From the IMG/VR virus record IMGVR_UViG_3300021387_000535, positions 1 to 64,000 of that record: a stretch of DNA of 64,000 bases. One strand, 5' to 3'. Numbering within the stretch: position 1 is the first letter of the stretch; every line of letters starts with the position of its first letter. The DNA is from a virus (lineage: Duplodnaviria; Caudoviricetes). This document shows, one piece after another, positions 18,391 through 29,017 of this stretch. A program made the position numbers and the translations under genes. The notes under the pieces were generated by a model. It worked only from the letters and a program-made list of their open reading frames with translations. It was not told the DNA's origin and did no database searches.

Positions 18391-20424
18391 CTAACTTGAT
18401 GCAACTAATTTCAACATACCAATAATCCATCCAATGCCGTTCCACAATGCGCTAACCTCATAGGTAGAATCAGCAGCAATCTCAAACCCATCAGAGTAGT
18501 AGATGGAATGTGTAGAAGAGAAGGTCACAGCAGGAGAAGACCCAGATGAAATATAGAAGCTCACCGTCTGAACCTTGGTGTTACCTGATGCAATAGTAGG
18601 CAAGGTAATAGCCAGCGTGCCTACGGAAGAAAGAGTGTAGTACTTGCCTACCTCTGCTGTTAAGGTAGCCCCGCTTGCAGAAACAATATCCACCTTATCC
18701 TCTTTACCGCTGACATCCTGATGCTGTGTCAGATACCCCGCATCATTATTAAACGCGCTCACATTGGTAGGAACCACAGGAATATGCGTCGTGTCAGGCA
18801 GTGCCCCTACATCCTCCGCTGAGAGGTTCACATTAGAAGATAGCGCCTTCCCATTGATAGTAGTCGTCTTGTCCACTTTCCCCGACACATCAGTAACAAC
18901 AGTACCAATGTCCACCACCCCGCTTGTCCCCTTGGAAGTACCATTCATGGTAATCCCCGTGATAGTACCCGTGTTCTTCGTAAAGCCCCAACCTGCAACC
19001 GTTGACTCGGTTACTTCTGATGGTATCGTCGGCTTGTTCTTAATGAAAGAACTTTTCGTGTTGTCCGTTTCGTTCCAATCGCTTTGCTCTTGTTCAAAAC
19101 TTCCGCCGTCCCATCTTTCCTTTTCTACGTCCGTAACTGTCCTATGCGTCGAGTCGGAGGTTAGTTGCGAAAGTTGTGTGGGGATGGTAGGCTTGTCGGT
19201 AAGGTCAAGGTACGAACCAGTGCTTGCTACGGTCGCAAGTGCACTTATCGCATCCTGTATGCTTTGATTTAACTGCGTTATCGTTGCATAGTTGCTTAAG
19301 TCTATATCCGTAGAACCAATCTTCTCCCAAATATATACGCCCGCGTTTTGTATGGTTATATATTCGTCTTTTATATTTCTACGTACTTGCGTTTCACTTG
19401 GAACAAGGTAGATTTTCTTTGTCGTATTGATAGACGCTGGAGGCAACGTACTAACATATACAAAACTAAACGTTTGCATCGCGGCAAGCAATGCGTTTAC
19501 CTCATCCTTGTTATACGAATGGTTCTTGTCGTAATAATTTGATTTAAGATGGCTATTCGTTGCGGTTATTTCGGCACGAATCGCGGTGTCATCATAGTTT
19601 TCAAGTGTTCCAAGCTTACTTTTTTCCTCATCCGTATAGTCGTTGGCAGACAATCCCATTCCATTTTCTTTGTCTACCTTTTCGTCTAACACGGAACGGA
19701 TGTACCTATCATCGTAGTTTTCTAAGCCATCAAGCTTTTGCTTATCCGCATTCGTGAAATCATTTGTGGATAACCCCTTTCCCGTTTCCTTGTCAACTTT
19801 AGTATTGATAACGCCGCGTAACTCGGTGTCGTCGTAATTCACGAGGCCGTCGAGTTTTGCTTTATATTCGTTTGTGAAGTCGTTTTCCGAAAGCCCTTTG
19901 CCGCTTTCTTTCTCTTGGTATATCGTAAGGTCTGGTTTGTTCCTTATATACGAACGCGCTTGGTCTAATTCCTCCGCCCAGTCGCTTTGTATTTGTTCAA
20001 ACACGCCACCGCCATAGGAAATAAACACACCGCCGCCAACAAGAGTATAGTCTTCGCTATCGAACTCTATACCCGCTTCTATACCCGCATCGATGGTTGC
20101 ATCAACAATTTCTATCACCGCACGAACCATGTAGCGATATGGGTTTCCGAGGTCGTCGTTACATTTAACCTCGACCTGATATTCACCTACCGTTAACGTG
20201 CCGTCATCTTGCATAGATGCAACATTGTCTTCCACCTCGGCAACATAACTTTTCGTTAACCCAACGTCTTTTTTGAGGTTTATATACGTTGGATAATAAG
20301 GACTTGGTATGAAGTCCTTTTCTTCCTCCGTTATCTCGCCGTCTATAAGACGCTTAATCTTTACGGTGAGTGGAACGTGCAACCGTAGAACGTTACCCTT
20401 TACATGTTTTATTCTTACTGCCAT
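18391..20424 (-). CDS. Fibre/structural protein with N-terminal BppU-like domain and internal repeats
   Basis: Start MAVRIK (20424); three KVDKExGKGLSxNDFT repeats; coiled and beta segments. Confidence 0.7.
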   Translation of the reverse strand: MAVRIKHVKGNVLRLHVPLTVKIKRLIDGEITEEEKDFIPSPYYPTYINLKKDVGLTKSYVAEVEDNVASMQDDGTLTVGEYQVEVKCNDDLGNPYRYMVRAVIEIVDATIDAGIEAGIEFDSEDYTLVGGGVFISYGGGVFEQIQSDWAEELDQARSYIRNKPDLTIYQEKESGKGLSENDFTNEYKAKLDGLVNYDDTELRGVINTKVDKETGKGLSTNDFTNADKQKLDGLENYDDRYIRSVLDEKVDKENGMGLSANDYTDEEKSKLGTLENYDDTAIRAEITATNSHLKSNYYDKNHSYNKDEVNALLAAMQTFSFVYVSTLPPASINTTKKIYLVPSETQVRRNIKDEYITIQNAGVYIWEKIGSTDIDLSNYATITQLNQSIQDAISALATVASTGSYLDLTDKPTIPTQLSQLTSDSTHRTVTDVEKERWDGGSFEQEQSDWNETDNTKSSFIKNKPTIPSEVTESTVAGWGFTKNTGTITGITMNGTSKGTSGVVDIGTVVTDVSGKVDKTTTINGKALSSNVNLSAEDVGALPDTTHIPVVPTNVSAFNNDAGYLTQHQDVSGKEDKVDIVSASGATLTAEVGKYYTLSSVGTLAITLPTIASGNTKVQTVSFYISSGSSPAVTFSSTHSIYYSDGFEIAADSTYEVSALWNGIGWIIGMLKLVASS
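19585..19920 (-). repeat. Three tandem ~40-aa intragenic repeats
   Basis: GKGLSENDFT..KLDGLVNYDD / GKGLSTNDFT..KLDGLENYDD / GMGLSANDYT..KLGTLENYDD. Confidence 0.85.
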
Positions 20425-20437
20425 ATATTCTCGCGAG

Positions 20438-21046
20438 CTAAATGTTTCGATATTCTTTTGTTGCGTCAAACGACGGGCATGCTTTTATTGCAAAATCCCG
20501 ATGACCGTATATCTTAGCATTTGGATAAAGTGCCTTTAGCCTTTTAAGCAAGGACAACAACGAGGCTTTCTGCTTGTCCGTTCGCGTATCTTTCGGTGTC
20601 TTGCCATCCGACGCAAGGCCACCTATGTAGCAAACGCCAATAGATATGCTATTGTGGTTTGTGCAATGCGCGCCACTAACATTCACATCACGCCCTTGGT
20701 GTATTGCACCGTCGCGGTATACTACATAATGATACCCTATCGTCGAAAAACCACGTTGCTTATGCCACCGTGTAATGTCGCCAACGGTATAGTCCTTTCC
20801 CTCTTTTGTGGCGGAGCAATGGACGATTATCTCCTTTATGTTCCTACGGGACTTAATTAGACCACCATTTATCGCTTGCCACGTTTTTTCGCCGACAATG
20901 CCGTCTATCGTGAGGTTGTTTTCACGTTGGAACTCCTTGACGGCTTCCTCGGTAAGTGCGCCGAATATTCCATCAACATATAAGTGCAAGGCTCTTTGTA
21001 ACACCTTGACTTCTTCTCCTCTACATCCTTTTCTTAATACCATCAT
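20438..21046 (-). CDS. Endolysin: peptidoglycan-binding domain plus N-acetylmuramoyl-L-alanine amidase (T7-lysozyme type)
   Basis: DGIFG..T..AV..FQ...DGIVG..TW; IIVHCSAT, IGYHYV, GAHC, GHRD, CPSFD. Confidence 0.92.
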   Translation of the reverse strand: MMVLRKGCRGEEVKVLQRALHLYVDGIFGALTEEAVKEFQRENNLTIDGIVGEKTWQAINGGLIKSRRNIKEIIVHCSATKEGKDYTVGDITRWHKQRGFSTIGYHYVVYRDGAIHQGRDVNVSGAHCTNHNSISIGVCYIGGLASDGKTPKDTRTDKQKASLLSLLKRLKALYPNAKIYGHRDFAIKACPSFDATKEYRNI

Positions 21047-21408
21047 TTTCTTTTCCTTTCATTTGTTAATGATTGTATTTGTCTACCTTGCCGCGCAATA
21101 TCATTCTTAAGTTCGTTGATTTGCTCTTCAAGCTTGATAATCTTGTTACGCAAAGCGCTGTTTTCCTCGCGTAGCTTTTCATTCTCAACTCTTAGCAAAT
21201 CCCTATCATTCCGTATGTATTCGCACGTATTCTTAAGGTCTTCTATTGTTTGTTGATAGACATCTTGCTGCGCTTTCCACCCATCGGCCTCAGCTTGTGT
21301 TGCCTCGCCGTTTGCCTTGCGCTTATATGCGCGGTACGTAAACAACCATCCCGTGCCAAGTATTAGTGTGGCTACGCCCAACAAGAACTCCATCCATCCC
21401 ATAACCAT
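21043..21408 (-). CDS. Holin-like protein (one TM helix plus coiled coil)
   Basis: N-terminal hydrophobic helix; overlaps the endolysin start. Confidence 0.5.
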   Translation of the reverse strand: MVMGWMEFLLGVATLILGTGWLFTYRAYKRKANGEATQAEADGWKAQQDVYQQTIEDLKNTCEYIRNDRDLLRVENEKLREENSALRNKIIKLEEQINELKNDIARQGRQIQSLTNERKRK

Positions 21409-22940
21409 TAGCTATTTATTTCTGCTTGTTCAACCTCCATTTTATCCTCGTTGTCACGGATGATGTCGTTTCGATTAGCCGCCATTGATGCAGCCTTTTC
21501 AGCCGTCGAACTTATTGTTTGGTCGTTACGACTTATCAAGCTACCACGTTCAGCTATTATTCTATCAACCTCATCTGGTGCAGCATCAGGGCAACGCTCG
21601 ACTATTGTCTGCGTCGAAAGATACGGAGCTTCCATGCCAAGGTTCAACAACTTCGTATTGTTCGTTTCAAGCGACCAAGGAATAATCTTTGCGCCAATGC
21701 GAACATCGGTATATTTCGTCGTGCCGTTGTTTTCCAATTCAAGCCCCTCTTGGTGCAAGTATACCATTTCATTGATGAACCTACGCCAATCAACGGCGGA
21801 TTGAACGGCAAGCGAGTAGTCGTTCGACATGGCAAGCGCAATACCGTTACCACCGCTATTCGATGTTGTTATGTCTTTCGGCGTGATAAAAGACGTGGAT
21901 GAAAATAGTGATATTTTTTCCTCAAGTGTCTTAAGGTACTTATCCATCGTTTGCGGTTCTGGGAAATCCAAAACTTTCGCCTCTTGCTTTCCATTTGTCG
22001 TATCACTTGAAAGATTGATTATAAGCGTGCTTGAATCGCGTTTAAACGAATCGGTGTCCATTTCACCAGTAAACACCAAGGCGAACGTTCCAAAGCGTTT
22101 TAGCGCTATATCTTGTATGTTCGCCATAAGTTCCCACATTTCAATTGAACTTTCGGCGTATTCCCAAGCCACCTTTCCTCGTTTATGTAACAACGGACAA
22201 CGACTAAAGCCGTGGTTTTCCGATTGAACCTCCCATCCGTTAGCGGTTTGTGTGCAACGATAATGGTTGGTCGCGTCGTATGTGTCTATTACAATATTCT
22301 CGTTTACTTGGTACGCCAAAGAGCGGGCTATCTCTATTCCGTATTCATCGTAATTGGGTATGATTTGATAACCATCCTCGTAGCTATAATTTGTTACATC
22401 GTAGCGTTGGCGCTCTTTGTCAAAACTAAACAATACGCCACAATTACCAAGTTGCTTGCATGTGTTTATTGCTTGGTACTTGTTCCATTCCATGTCACGC
22501 CACATCCATTCTTGCTTGATAACGCTAAAGACCTTTCTTTCACTTTCGTCTGGAGTTTCGTTGCAAAGATTGAATTCAATCGGATTTGCGGTGAGATTCC
22601 TTACGTGTGCGGAATGAATTAGCTTTTGAAAGGATGCCGTTTGCGTAAGTTCCATCGTTCCGTTAGGCAACGGACAACCATCAATCGATATTTTAATGTG
22701 TGGTATTGTACGATTTAGAATGATGTGATGAAGGTCTGGTCTATACTCCGTGATGTACGTGTCTTGCGATATTGGATGCAACTCAAGGTTTGCAAACCCC
22801 GTGTCTATCGTATCGTTGTTTAGTATTTTTTGGTTCTCAAATCCATGCGAAGACATCGCGCCGCCGCGAGTAAAAGGCTTCATTAGTAGCAACCGCGTCG
22901 GGTCATCCAAAAACCATCGTATGTTTCTTTCTCTTATCAT
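21408..22940 (-). CDS. Portal protein
   Basis: 510 aa directly downstream of terminase; SPP1-like layout. Confidence 0.8.
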   Translation of the reverse strand: MIRERNIRWFLDDPTRLLLMKPFTRGGAMSSHGFENQKILNNDTIDTGFANLELHPISQDTYITEYRPDLHHIILNRTIPHIKISIDGCPLPNGTMELTQTASFQKLIHSAHVRNLTANPIEFNLCNETPDESERKVFSVIKQEWMWRDMEWNKYQAINTCKQLGNCGVLFSFDKERQRYDVTNYSYEDGYQIIPNYDEYGIEIARSLAYQVNENIVIDTYDATNHYRCTQTANGWEVQSENHGFSRCPLLHKRGKVAWEYAESSIEMWELMANIQDIALKRFGTFALVFTGEMDTDSFKRDSSTLIINLSSDTTNGKQEAKVLDFPEPQTMDKYLKTLEEKISLFSSTSFITPKDITTSNSGGNGIALAMSNDYSLAVQSAVDWRRFINEMVYLHQEGLELENNGTTKYTDVRIGAKIIPWSLETNNTKLLNLGMEAPYLSTQTIVERCPDAAPDEVDRIIAERGSLISRNDQTISSTAEKAASMAANRNDIIRDNEDKMEVEQAEINS

Positions 22941-24712
22941 ATCGAACTTAGTACATTTAATATTTCGCTTGCGTTACGTATCTTTCTTGGACGGCGAATA
23001 CGCGTGTCGTTTTCATCGTCCGTGTTTATGTTTAGCATCGAAAGCATGTCGTCTGATTGTATCTTCTTTCGCATAACGCCAGCATCATCGCGTAGCATGC
23101 GATAACAATCATAAATCTGCCCACCACATAACAATATAATGTTATCCGTAAGGTCTGGCGACATACCCTTTAACAACGACTTCATTGATTCTTTTGCCAT
23201 CATCGTGATACGCCCGTTCGGTGTCTTGTCGAATTGGAAAATCCTACTTTCAAAAAGCATGTGCTTAAGGATTGTTGTCCCACCCTCGCGTTTCATGTTC
23301 TTATGATTGTAGTGCGCATTGGCAAGGCGAGGTTCATAGTGTATGAGGCCAGACTGAATCATTTCCATCGCGACATGGCCAGCCTCATCTTTAAACGACT
23401 TAAATTGCGACTTTCCACGGTTGGATGTCACACCCGCACCACTAAAAAGTATTGCACGTGGAAAACAATCTTTCAAGAAGCCAAAACCTTGCACGTCGAT
23501 AATCATATCCCGTTCTTGTAGGTTGTGCTTATCCCTAAATTGTATTGCCATCATTACGGCCTCACGGTTTGTATTGTGCATGGAATACTTTATATCTTTG
23601 CAAATGAACCCGTAATGTGACCATTTCTCCCAATACTTGAGTATAAGGTTGTCAAAACCAGTGGATGCCATGTCGATTGTCATAAGCCGTTTCTCCAAGA
23701 CGCTATCATTCGGGATAGACATTGGGCGAAACATGCGCTCTATGTCAACCTGATTAAGTTCAACGCGCGTTAGGTCTTCTACAAACACATCGCTATCGGT
23801 GATGGAATAGTTCCAATTCTCGTTATACGCTGATGCAGCCGTTGATGCGTTCGCCGCAAGGCCACGGTATCGCTTGTTCTTTGCAAGCATCTTTTTGTTG
23901 TCACGGACACTAAACGTGAAGAACACCATCGAAAGAATGAAATCTTCGTATGTCATATCTGGGTCTTGTGCGATTAAAGCGTCTATATGCGGCTTGCATT
24001 TCTCGTAGACCTCTTCTTTCGTCCTACCCCAATATGTCTTTTCAATATCACCTTCCTCCATATTGAAGTACATGACAACGCCATCCATGTCCTTGTCAAC
24101 ACTTCCATCGTCGTTTATCCAACCACCGCCATGTATACCTTTGCCGCAAAGCTTTCGCAAGAAGCATTCGCGCTCTGGGTTTTGCGCAAGATATATTTGA
24201 GCCTTTCCCGAACTATCTGAACGCAAACGCGGCATGAATGCCGTTATTGTGCGCCAATCAAACTTGTTACATTCGTCGAATATAAGCTTTTTTGCTTGCA
24301 ATCCCTTTGCAATCTTATCGATGATGACTGGGCTTTCGTTATCCAACTGCTGAAACTTTATCTCGCTACCGTTGTAAAGCTTCATACCCATGTCTTCTTG
24401 TCGCCGAATAATCTCGCCAATCGGGTCGTGTGGTTGTTTTTTCACGGAACGGTCTATAAGCGGATACATTTTCTTTAACGTATCACTAACCTTACCCGCA
24501 CCCCAAAAGTCCGAAATGTTACGCATGAAACATACAATCTTCGCATTGTCGTTCATTGCGAGGTATTCTATAGGCGCATAATAAAGGGCGTAAGACTTGC
24601 CGCCACCCGTGCCACCAGTGAACACGACGATGTCGGCATTGGAACGAATGGCATATTTTTGATTACCATCTTCCAACGGAGCAAGCACCGAGTCGTTTCT
24701 TTTTCCCGCCAT
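22937..24712 (-). CDS. terL: Terminase large subunit
   Basis: Walker A GGTGGGKS, Walker B LIFDE, nuclease TIDMA; start MAGKRND downstream of a promoter. Confidence 0.88.
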   Translation of the reverse strand: MAGKRNDSVLAPLEDGNQKYAIRSNADIVVFTGGTGGGKSYALYYAPIEYLAMNDNAKIVCFMRNISDFWGAGKVSDTLKKMYPLIDRSVKKQPHDPIGEIIRRQEDMGMKLYNGSEIKFQQLDNESPVIIDKIAKGLQAKKLIFDECNKFDWRTITAFMPRLRSDSSGKAQIYLAQNPERECFLRKLCGKGIHGGGWINDDGSVDKDMDGVVMYFNMEEGDIEKTYWGRTKEEVYEKCKPHIDALIAQDPDMTYEDFILSMVFFTFSVRDNKKMLAKNKRYRGLAANASTAASAYNENWNYSITDSDVFVEDLTRVELNQVDIERMFRPMSIPNDSVLEKRLMTIDMASTGFDNLILKYWEKWSHYGFICKDIKYSMHNTNREAVMMAIQFRDKHNLQERDMIIDVQGFGFLKDCFPRAILFSGAGVTSNRGKSQFKSFKDEAGHVAMEMIQSGLIHYEPRLANAHYNHKNMKREGGTTILKHMLFESRIFQFDKTPNGRITMMAKESMKSLLKGMSPDLTDNIILLCGGQIYDCYRMLRDDAGVMRKKIQSDDMLSMLNINTDDENDTRIRRPRKIRNASEILNVLSSI

Positions 24713-24731
24713 ACGTTCCCTTTCTTTTTTG

Positions 24732-24856
24732 CAAAAATACACACATTTATTCGCGCGTTCATTTCTATTATATGGAAAGGTTGTTTATTTTGATGTAGTT
24801 TCAACAACTAATAAAACGCACGTTGTTTTCGCCTTGTCTTTTTAATCTTAAATTTG
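24732..24856. promoter_or_regulatory. Divergent promoters for the packaging/tail operon and the capsid operon
   Basis: TATTTTTG (minus, 24732-24739) and TAAATTTG (plus, 24849-24856), both TAnnTTTG. Confidence 0.55.
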
Positions 24857-24899
24857 CGCAAACATTTGTTTTAAATTCACGTTTTAATAGGAGAGAACT

Positions 24900-25532
24900 A
24901 TGACAAAAGAAGAGGTTTTGCAGAGAGCAAACGACTATTGTAGCGAGAGAAGCTACGACGAATCAACCCTTACATTAGAGTTTAAAGACAAGTTCGCTGA
25001 TTTCTTTGCGAAAAGAAACCCAGAAGGCGACATTAACGATGAAGCCATCATTGCGGACTTGAAGTTTAACCTTGACACGGCAAGAAGCGCTGCGTTGCGT
25101 GGTATAGCCACATCAAAGAATGAATTTGAAACCAAGGAAAACGAATTAAAGGCTCAAATTGAAGAGTTGAACAAGAAAATTGGCAAGAAAACAACACCGA
25201 AAGTAGAGCAGGTTATCCCGAAAGAGATACAAGAGCAGCTTGACGAGTTGAAGATGTTTAGGAACAACGAAGCGAAAAAAGAGAAGTTTAAAAACATCAT
25301 GGGAATTGCCAAGAAAGGTATACGCCAAGATTTGCACAAGTCGTTCGAGACATTTGCTGCCGATTATAGCGTAGATCTTGATAAGGACGACAAGGAACAA
25401 GCAACGGCTATGGTATCACGATTCCAAGAAATCTTTAGGGATTCTATCGGTGACATTAAGCCACTTGCACCGCAACAAATTAGAAAGCGTGACGCGGAAG
25501 CCATGTCGGCCTTGAAACCGATGAAAGTTTAA
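24900..25532 (+). CDS. Capsid scaffolding protein
   Basis: Charged coiled-coil protein at the head of the capsid operon. Confidence 0.65.
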   Translation: MTKEEVLQRANDYCSERSYDESTLTLEFKDKFADFFAKRNPEGDINDEAIIADLKFNLDTARSAALRGIATSKNEFETKENELKAQIEELNKKIGKKTTPKVEQVIPKEIQEQLDELKMFRNNEAKKEKFKNIMGIAKKGIRQDLHKSFETFAADYSVDLDKDDKEQATAMVSRFQEIFRDSIGDIKPLAPQQIRKRDAEAMSALKPMKV

Positions 25533-25549
25533 TTTTTAATTAAGTAATT

Positions 25550-26248
25550 ATGTCACAAGTTACAAACTTAGCTTATTTTTACGAAATTTCGCGTAAGGTA
25601 CGCGGAGGTCGTTCGGTTTGGGTGAAAGATAGTAACGGCGAGAACCGCAAGAACGTTCTCCTTGGTGGTACTATTCTTAATCCAAACAAAGGCTTTGGGC
25701 ATTTGTGGGCAGCACAGCTTGTGCAATATGACCCATCCGTAGGTTGTCTTATCTTCCGTTCGTTTGAGGTTAGCACGGCTTCTGGTTCAAGTGCCACAAC
25801 GATTAAGATTAAGGGTGACGGCTTTAGTGATGCACCCGAGGTCGGAATGTATCTCATGAAAGCACCGAGCGCAGCTACCACATCGGGCGCTTATGGCCAG
25901 GTAACAGCCGTTACATACGACGCAACAACCGAAGAGTTTACGGTTACTATTAGTGCTGCCGTTGGCGCACTTTCCGTTGGCGACATCCTCGTGGAGGCTG
26001 ACGCAGCCGCCGATGCAAGCGCACAATCGCCCACGGGTTCTGCAAAGGTTCTTGTTCCCAACCCCAACACATTTGTTGAAGCGGATGCAGACCTTATGCC
26101 GACCGAAGGCTACGGTCTTGTTAGCAACGCAAACTACTCGATTAGCACGGTTCACGACAAGGAGGCTTGGATTGCAAAGATGCAACCACTCCCAACCTAT
26201 GTTCTTGCAAAGAACCGTTCGCACATCAATGGTATTTTCTGGATTTAA
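25550..26248 (+). CDS. Head decoration / minor capsid protein
   Basis: Ala/Thr/Ser-rich beta protein between scaffold and capsid. Confidence 0.55.
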   Translation: MSQVTNLAYFYEISRKVRGGRSVWVKDSNGENRKNVLLGGTILNPNKGFGHLWAAQLVQYDPSVGCLIFRSFEVSTASGSSATTIKIKGDGFSDAPEVGMYLMKAPSAATTSGAYGQVTAVTYDATTEEFTVTISAAVGALSVGDILVEADAAADASAQSPTGSAKVLVPNPNTFVEADADLMPTEGYGLVSNANYSISTVHDKEAWIAKMQPLPTYVLAKNRSHINGIFWI

Positions 26249-26268
26249 AGTAAAGGAGGAATAAAAGT

Positions 26269-27567
26269 ATGCCAAACGCACTTAAGAATTTTTGGACTCC
26301 CGACGAGACGCTTGATAGACTTTTCACCAAGCTCTTCGACACCGATAATGTTGGTTATCTTCAGCAACTTGTAGATACCATCGAACTTGACGAAAACGCC
26401 AACTTCTGGACTGAGCACTTCCAAGTAGAAGGTAACGAGTACGACATTGATATTTCGGATACGCACAAGAACCCCGCATGGACTGTTCGCCAGCGCGACA
26501 TCCGCGTTGTTCCTATGGCCGACCCGATGGCTCCCCTCTCGGAAACCCGTCAGCTTGAAACCGAGGGCTACACCGAGAAGACTGGTTCTATCTATGGCTA
26601 TGGCCGTGGCCTTTTCAACACAAGCATGTCTAAGCTTGAAATGCAGGCACGCCTTGCTCAGATGTCGCCCGAGGATAGAAGTCTTGTAACCGCAATGCAA
26701 CGCGGCGTTGCCGACCTCATCAAGACACACAACCTCCGCCTTTCCAATATGGCCGCAATGACGCTTTCTTACGGCGGTGCGTATAACACCACTACCGCGC
26801 AGAATATTGTTCCCGCAGGTCAATCTCCGACACTCACATCACAAGGCTTTAGTGGTGTTACCGTTAGCCAAAGCCCATATATCCCGCTTGCGAACTTCAA
26901 GACCGCTGGCGTAAAGGCTTGGACGGACATGACCTCTGGTGCCGAATGTGACATCCCGTCGCAGATGCAGAAGATTGAGTACGACTTCAAGGTTGCCAAT
27001 AATCTTGACGAATCAACACCGTTTGAGTGGGACATCCCCTACGACATCGTTGTTAACGTCCTTTTGCCCAACCCGTACTTTATCGCCGAGGTTAACCGTT
27101 ATATCCGTCTTGAAGCACCCGACAAGGTTGTTATCATTAGCAACTCGCAGTCGGCTATCGATACGACAAGCATCACATGGGAGCAGCTTGTGGCTTACAC
27201 TCGTTCGAGCATTAGTAAGATTTCACCCATCCGTGTCGTTCGTGAGCAGCAAACGGTACAAGGTATCACCACGTACTACACCGTTCGTGGTTGGAAGCCC
27301 AACACCGCCGTTCTCCGTCCTCTCGGCCATGCGGGTGTCGTTGTACACGCCGTTCCCGAATGGGTTAAGTTGATGCGTAGTGGAGAGGTTAACAACAACG
27401 TGCAATGGTCACTTGCTAAGTGGAACAACCTCATCTACATCATCAACAAGATTGTGCCCAACGGCATGTTGAAGTCTTATCACACCGATGCTATTGGCCG
27501 TTACGCAACCGTGCTTAACGAAAGCCAGTACCATGTATGTGTTGACATTTCGACGGCAGATAATTGA
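26269..27567 (+). CDS. Major capsid protein
   Basis: 432 aa, high-expression codon usage, canonical position. Confidence 0.8.
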   Translation: MPNALKNFWTPDETLDRLFTKLFDTDNVGYLQQLVDTIELDENANFWTEHFQVEGNEYDIDISDTHKNPAWTVRQRDIRVVPMADPMAPLSETRQLETEGYTEKTGSIYGYGRGLFNTSMSKLEMQARLAQMSPEDRSLVTAMQRGVADLIKTHNLRLSNMAAMTLSYGGAYNTTTAQNIVPAGQSPTLTSQGFSGVTVSQSPYIPLANFKTAGVKAWTDMTSGAECDIPSQMQKIEYDFKVANNLDESTPFEWDIPYDIVVNVLLPNPYFIAEVNRYIRLEAPDKVVIISNSQSAIDTTSITWEQLVAYTRSSISKISPIRVVREQQTVQGITTYYTVRGWKPNTAVLRPLGHAGVVVHAVPEWVKLMRSGEVNNNVQWSLAKWNNLIYIINKIVPNGMLKSYHTDAIGRYATVLNESQYHVCVDISTADN

Positions 27568-27625
27568 TTGGTTTTCATAAGTGTTTTAGTTTTTGGGGTA
27601 GTTAGATTGTTTTAGGATTGTTAAG

Positions 27626-28012
27626 ATGACGGTATTAGAATGGTTAAAGGCTTCGACGCGATACACGTTTGATACGGTAACGTTTGAAAAGATTGCATTG
27701 GACAGGGAATGCGACCCGAATGTTGATGTTTACGGCGACGAGGTAACGAAGCGCCAACGGGAGTTGATGACAGCAGACATTATATTCACCGCCGTTCTCC
27801 TTAGTCCTTCTAATACCGCATCTTTGCATCAAGCCCACAACGGTTATCAAAAAACCATTGGACAAGAGCAAGATTTCTACCAAGACGAAAAAATTAAGTA
27901 CGCTATAAGAATATACAATCGATACGAAGATGATAGGGGTGACACGTTAGAAGAGCTTGCAAACTCAAAGAAAATTCGTTTTGTTCCAATCGTTGATGTT
28001 GATAGGGTATGA
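27626..28012 (+). CDS. Head-tail adaptor (DUF6706-like)
   Basis: Position after capsid; MTVLEWLK..., RELMTAD motif. Confidence 0.6.
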   Translation: MTVLEWLKASTRYTFDTVTFEKIALDRECDPNVDVYGDEVTKRQRELMTADIIFTAVLLSPSNTASLHQAHNGYQKTIGQEQDFYQDEKIKYAIRIYNRYEDDRGDTLEELANSKKIRFVPIVDVDRV

Positions 28013-28344
28013 TACGCGACGAGATTCTTGAATATCCGTATACGGGAACTATAACCCGCGTAATCGCTGGTAATGGCATGCAAAGAGACCAAGTGCTTAC
28101 GATTTACGAAGGCATGATGGACGAACACATGGCTACCGACGAAGAGGGGCGCACAATGCAAACGGCAAGCTATATCATATCTATTCCTTTAACAAAGGAT
28201 GAAGATGATAATTGGATTGTACCACGCAAAGGCGATAAGATTTCCTTGACACGCTACGGAGAAACATTCTCGTTAACCGTTGACAATGCCGACCCGTCGC
28301 AAATCGGCGGTGTAAGCATCTACGCATCACGTAATAGCTGGTAA
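28009..28344 (+). CDS. Head closure protein
   Basis: Size and synteny. Confidence 0.55.
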   Translation: MIRDEILEYPYTGTITRVIAGNGMQRDQVLTIYEGMMDEHMATDEEGRTMQTASYIISIPLTKDEDDNWIVPRKGDKISLTRYGETFSLTVDNADPSQIGGVSIYASRNSW

Positions 28345-28351
28345 TGTCTCT

Positions 28352-28996
28352 ATGATTAAAGGTAGGATAGTCGGTTTTGATTCAAAAAAGATGGCGGAGC
28401 AAATGATGAAAGTCGTCATCGAAGAGCAGAACCGTCGGCTTATCGAATACGCGAAAGAGAAGATTGGTAAAATCGGTGATAGGATACGCGAATACCATAG
28501 CCGCAACAACATGGATAGAACAGGCAATTTGCTTGATAGTCTTTGTTGGGGCGTTTCCTATAATGGGAAGTTGGTTGAAGGCGGTTTTTATCGGCAAGCA
28601 AGCGCAAGTAGAACATCGTATCTACACGAATGGTTTTCTGGCGACGTAAAATACCTTATACCAGTTAGTGGGCATCAATTGGCTGAGTCTTACATAGAAA
28701 AGTACGGGAACAATGGCGCGCAGGGTTGGCGTGTTTTCTTTGCAATTCTCGCACCGTATTGGGGTTATTGGGAAAAAGGATTTAATATGAAGCGTGGCGG
28801 TGGAATACTAAGAGTTGGCTCAAAGCCGTTCAAAGTCCCACAAACGACACGGTTCATGCAATTCGCCGTAATGACGCAATTCTACGACGAAATAAAAGCA
28901 GACCTTAAACCCGCACGTGTTCGTTTCCGTACAAGTGTTGCAAAGTACGAACGGCAAACCCTCGAGAAAAGGTGGCATAAAATTTCTGGTCTATGA
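28352..28996 (+). CDS. Tail completion / neck protein
   Basis: DRTGNLLDSL motif (gp10-like) and synteny. Confidence 0.55.
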   Translation: MIKGRIVGFDSKKMAEQMMKVVIEEQNRRLIEYAKEKIGKIGDRIREYHSRNNMDRTGNLLDSLCWGVSYNGKLVEGGFYRQASASRTSYLHEWFSGDVKYLIPVSGHQLAESYIEKYGNNGAQGWRVFFAILAPYWGYWEKGFNMKRGGGILRVGSKPFKVPQTTRFMQFAVMTQFYDEIKADLKPARVRFRTSVAKYERQTLEKRWHKISGL

Positions 28997-29017
28997 TCGC
29001 GTAATACAACAAAGGAT

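Noticed and set aside
8135-20424. Diversity-generating retroelement or shufflon acting on tail fibres
   Set aside because: No reverse transcriptase, no template/variable repeat pair differing at adenines and no repeated inversion sites seen in the window
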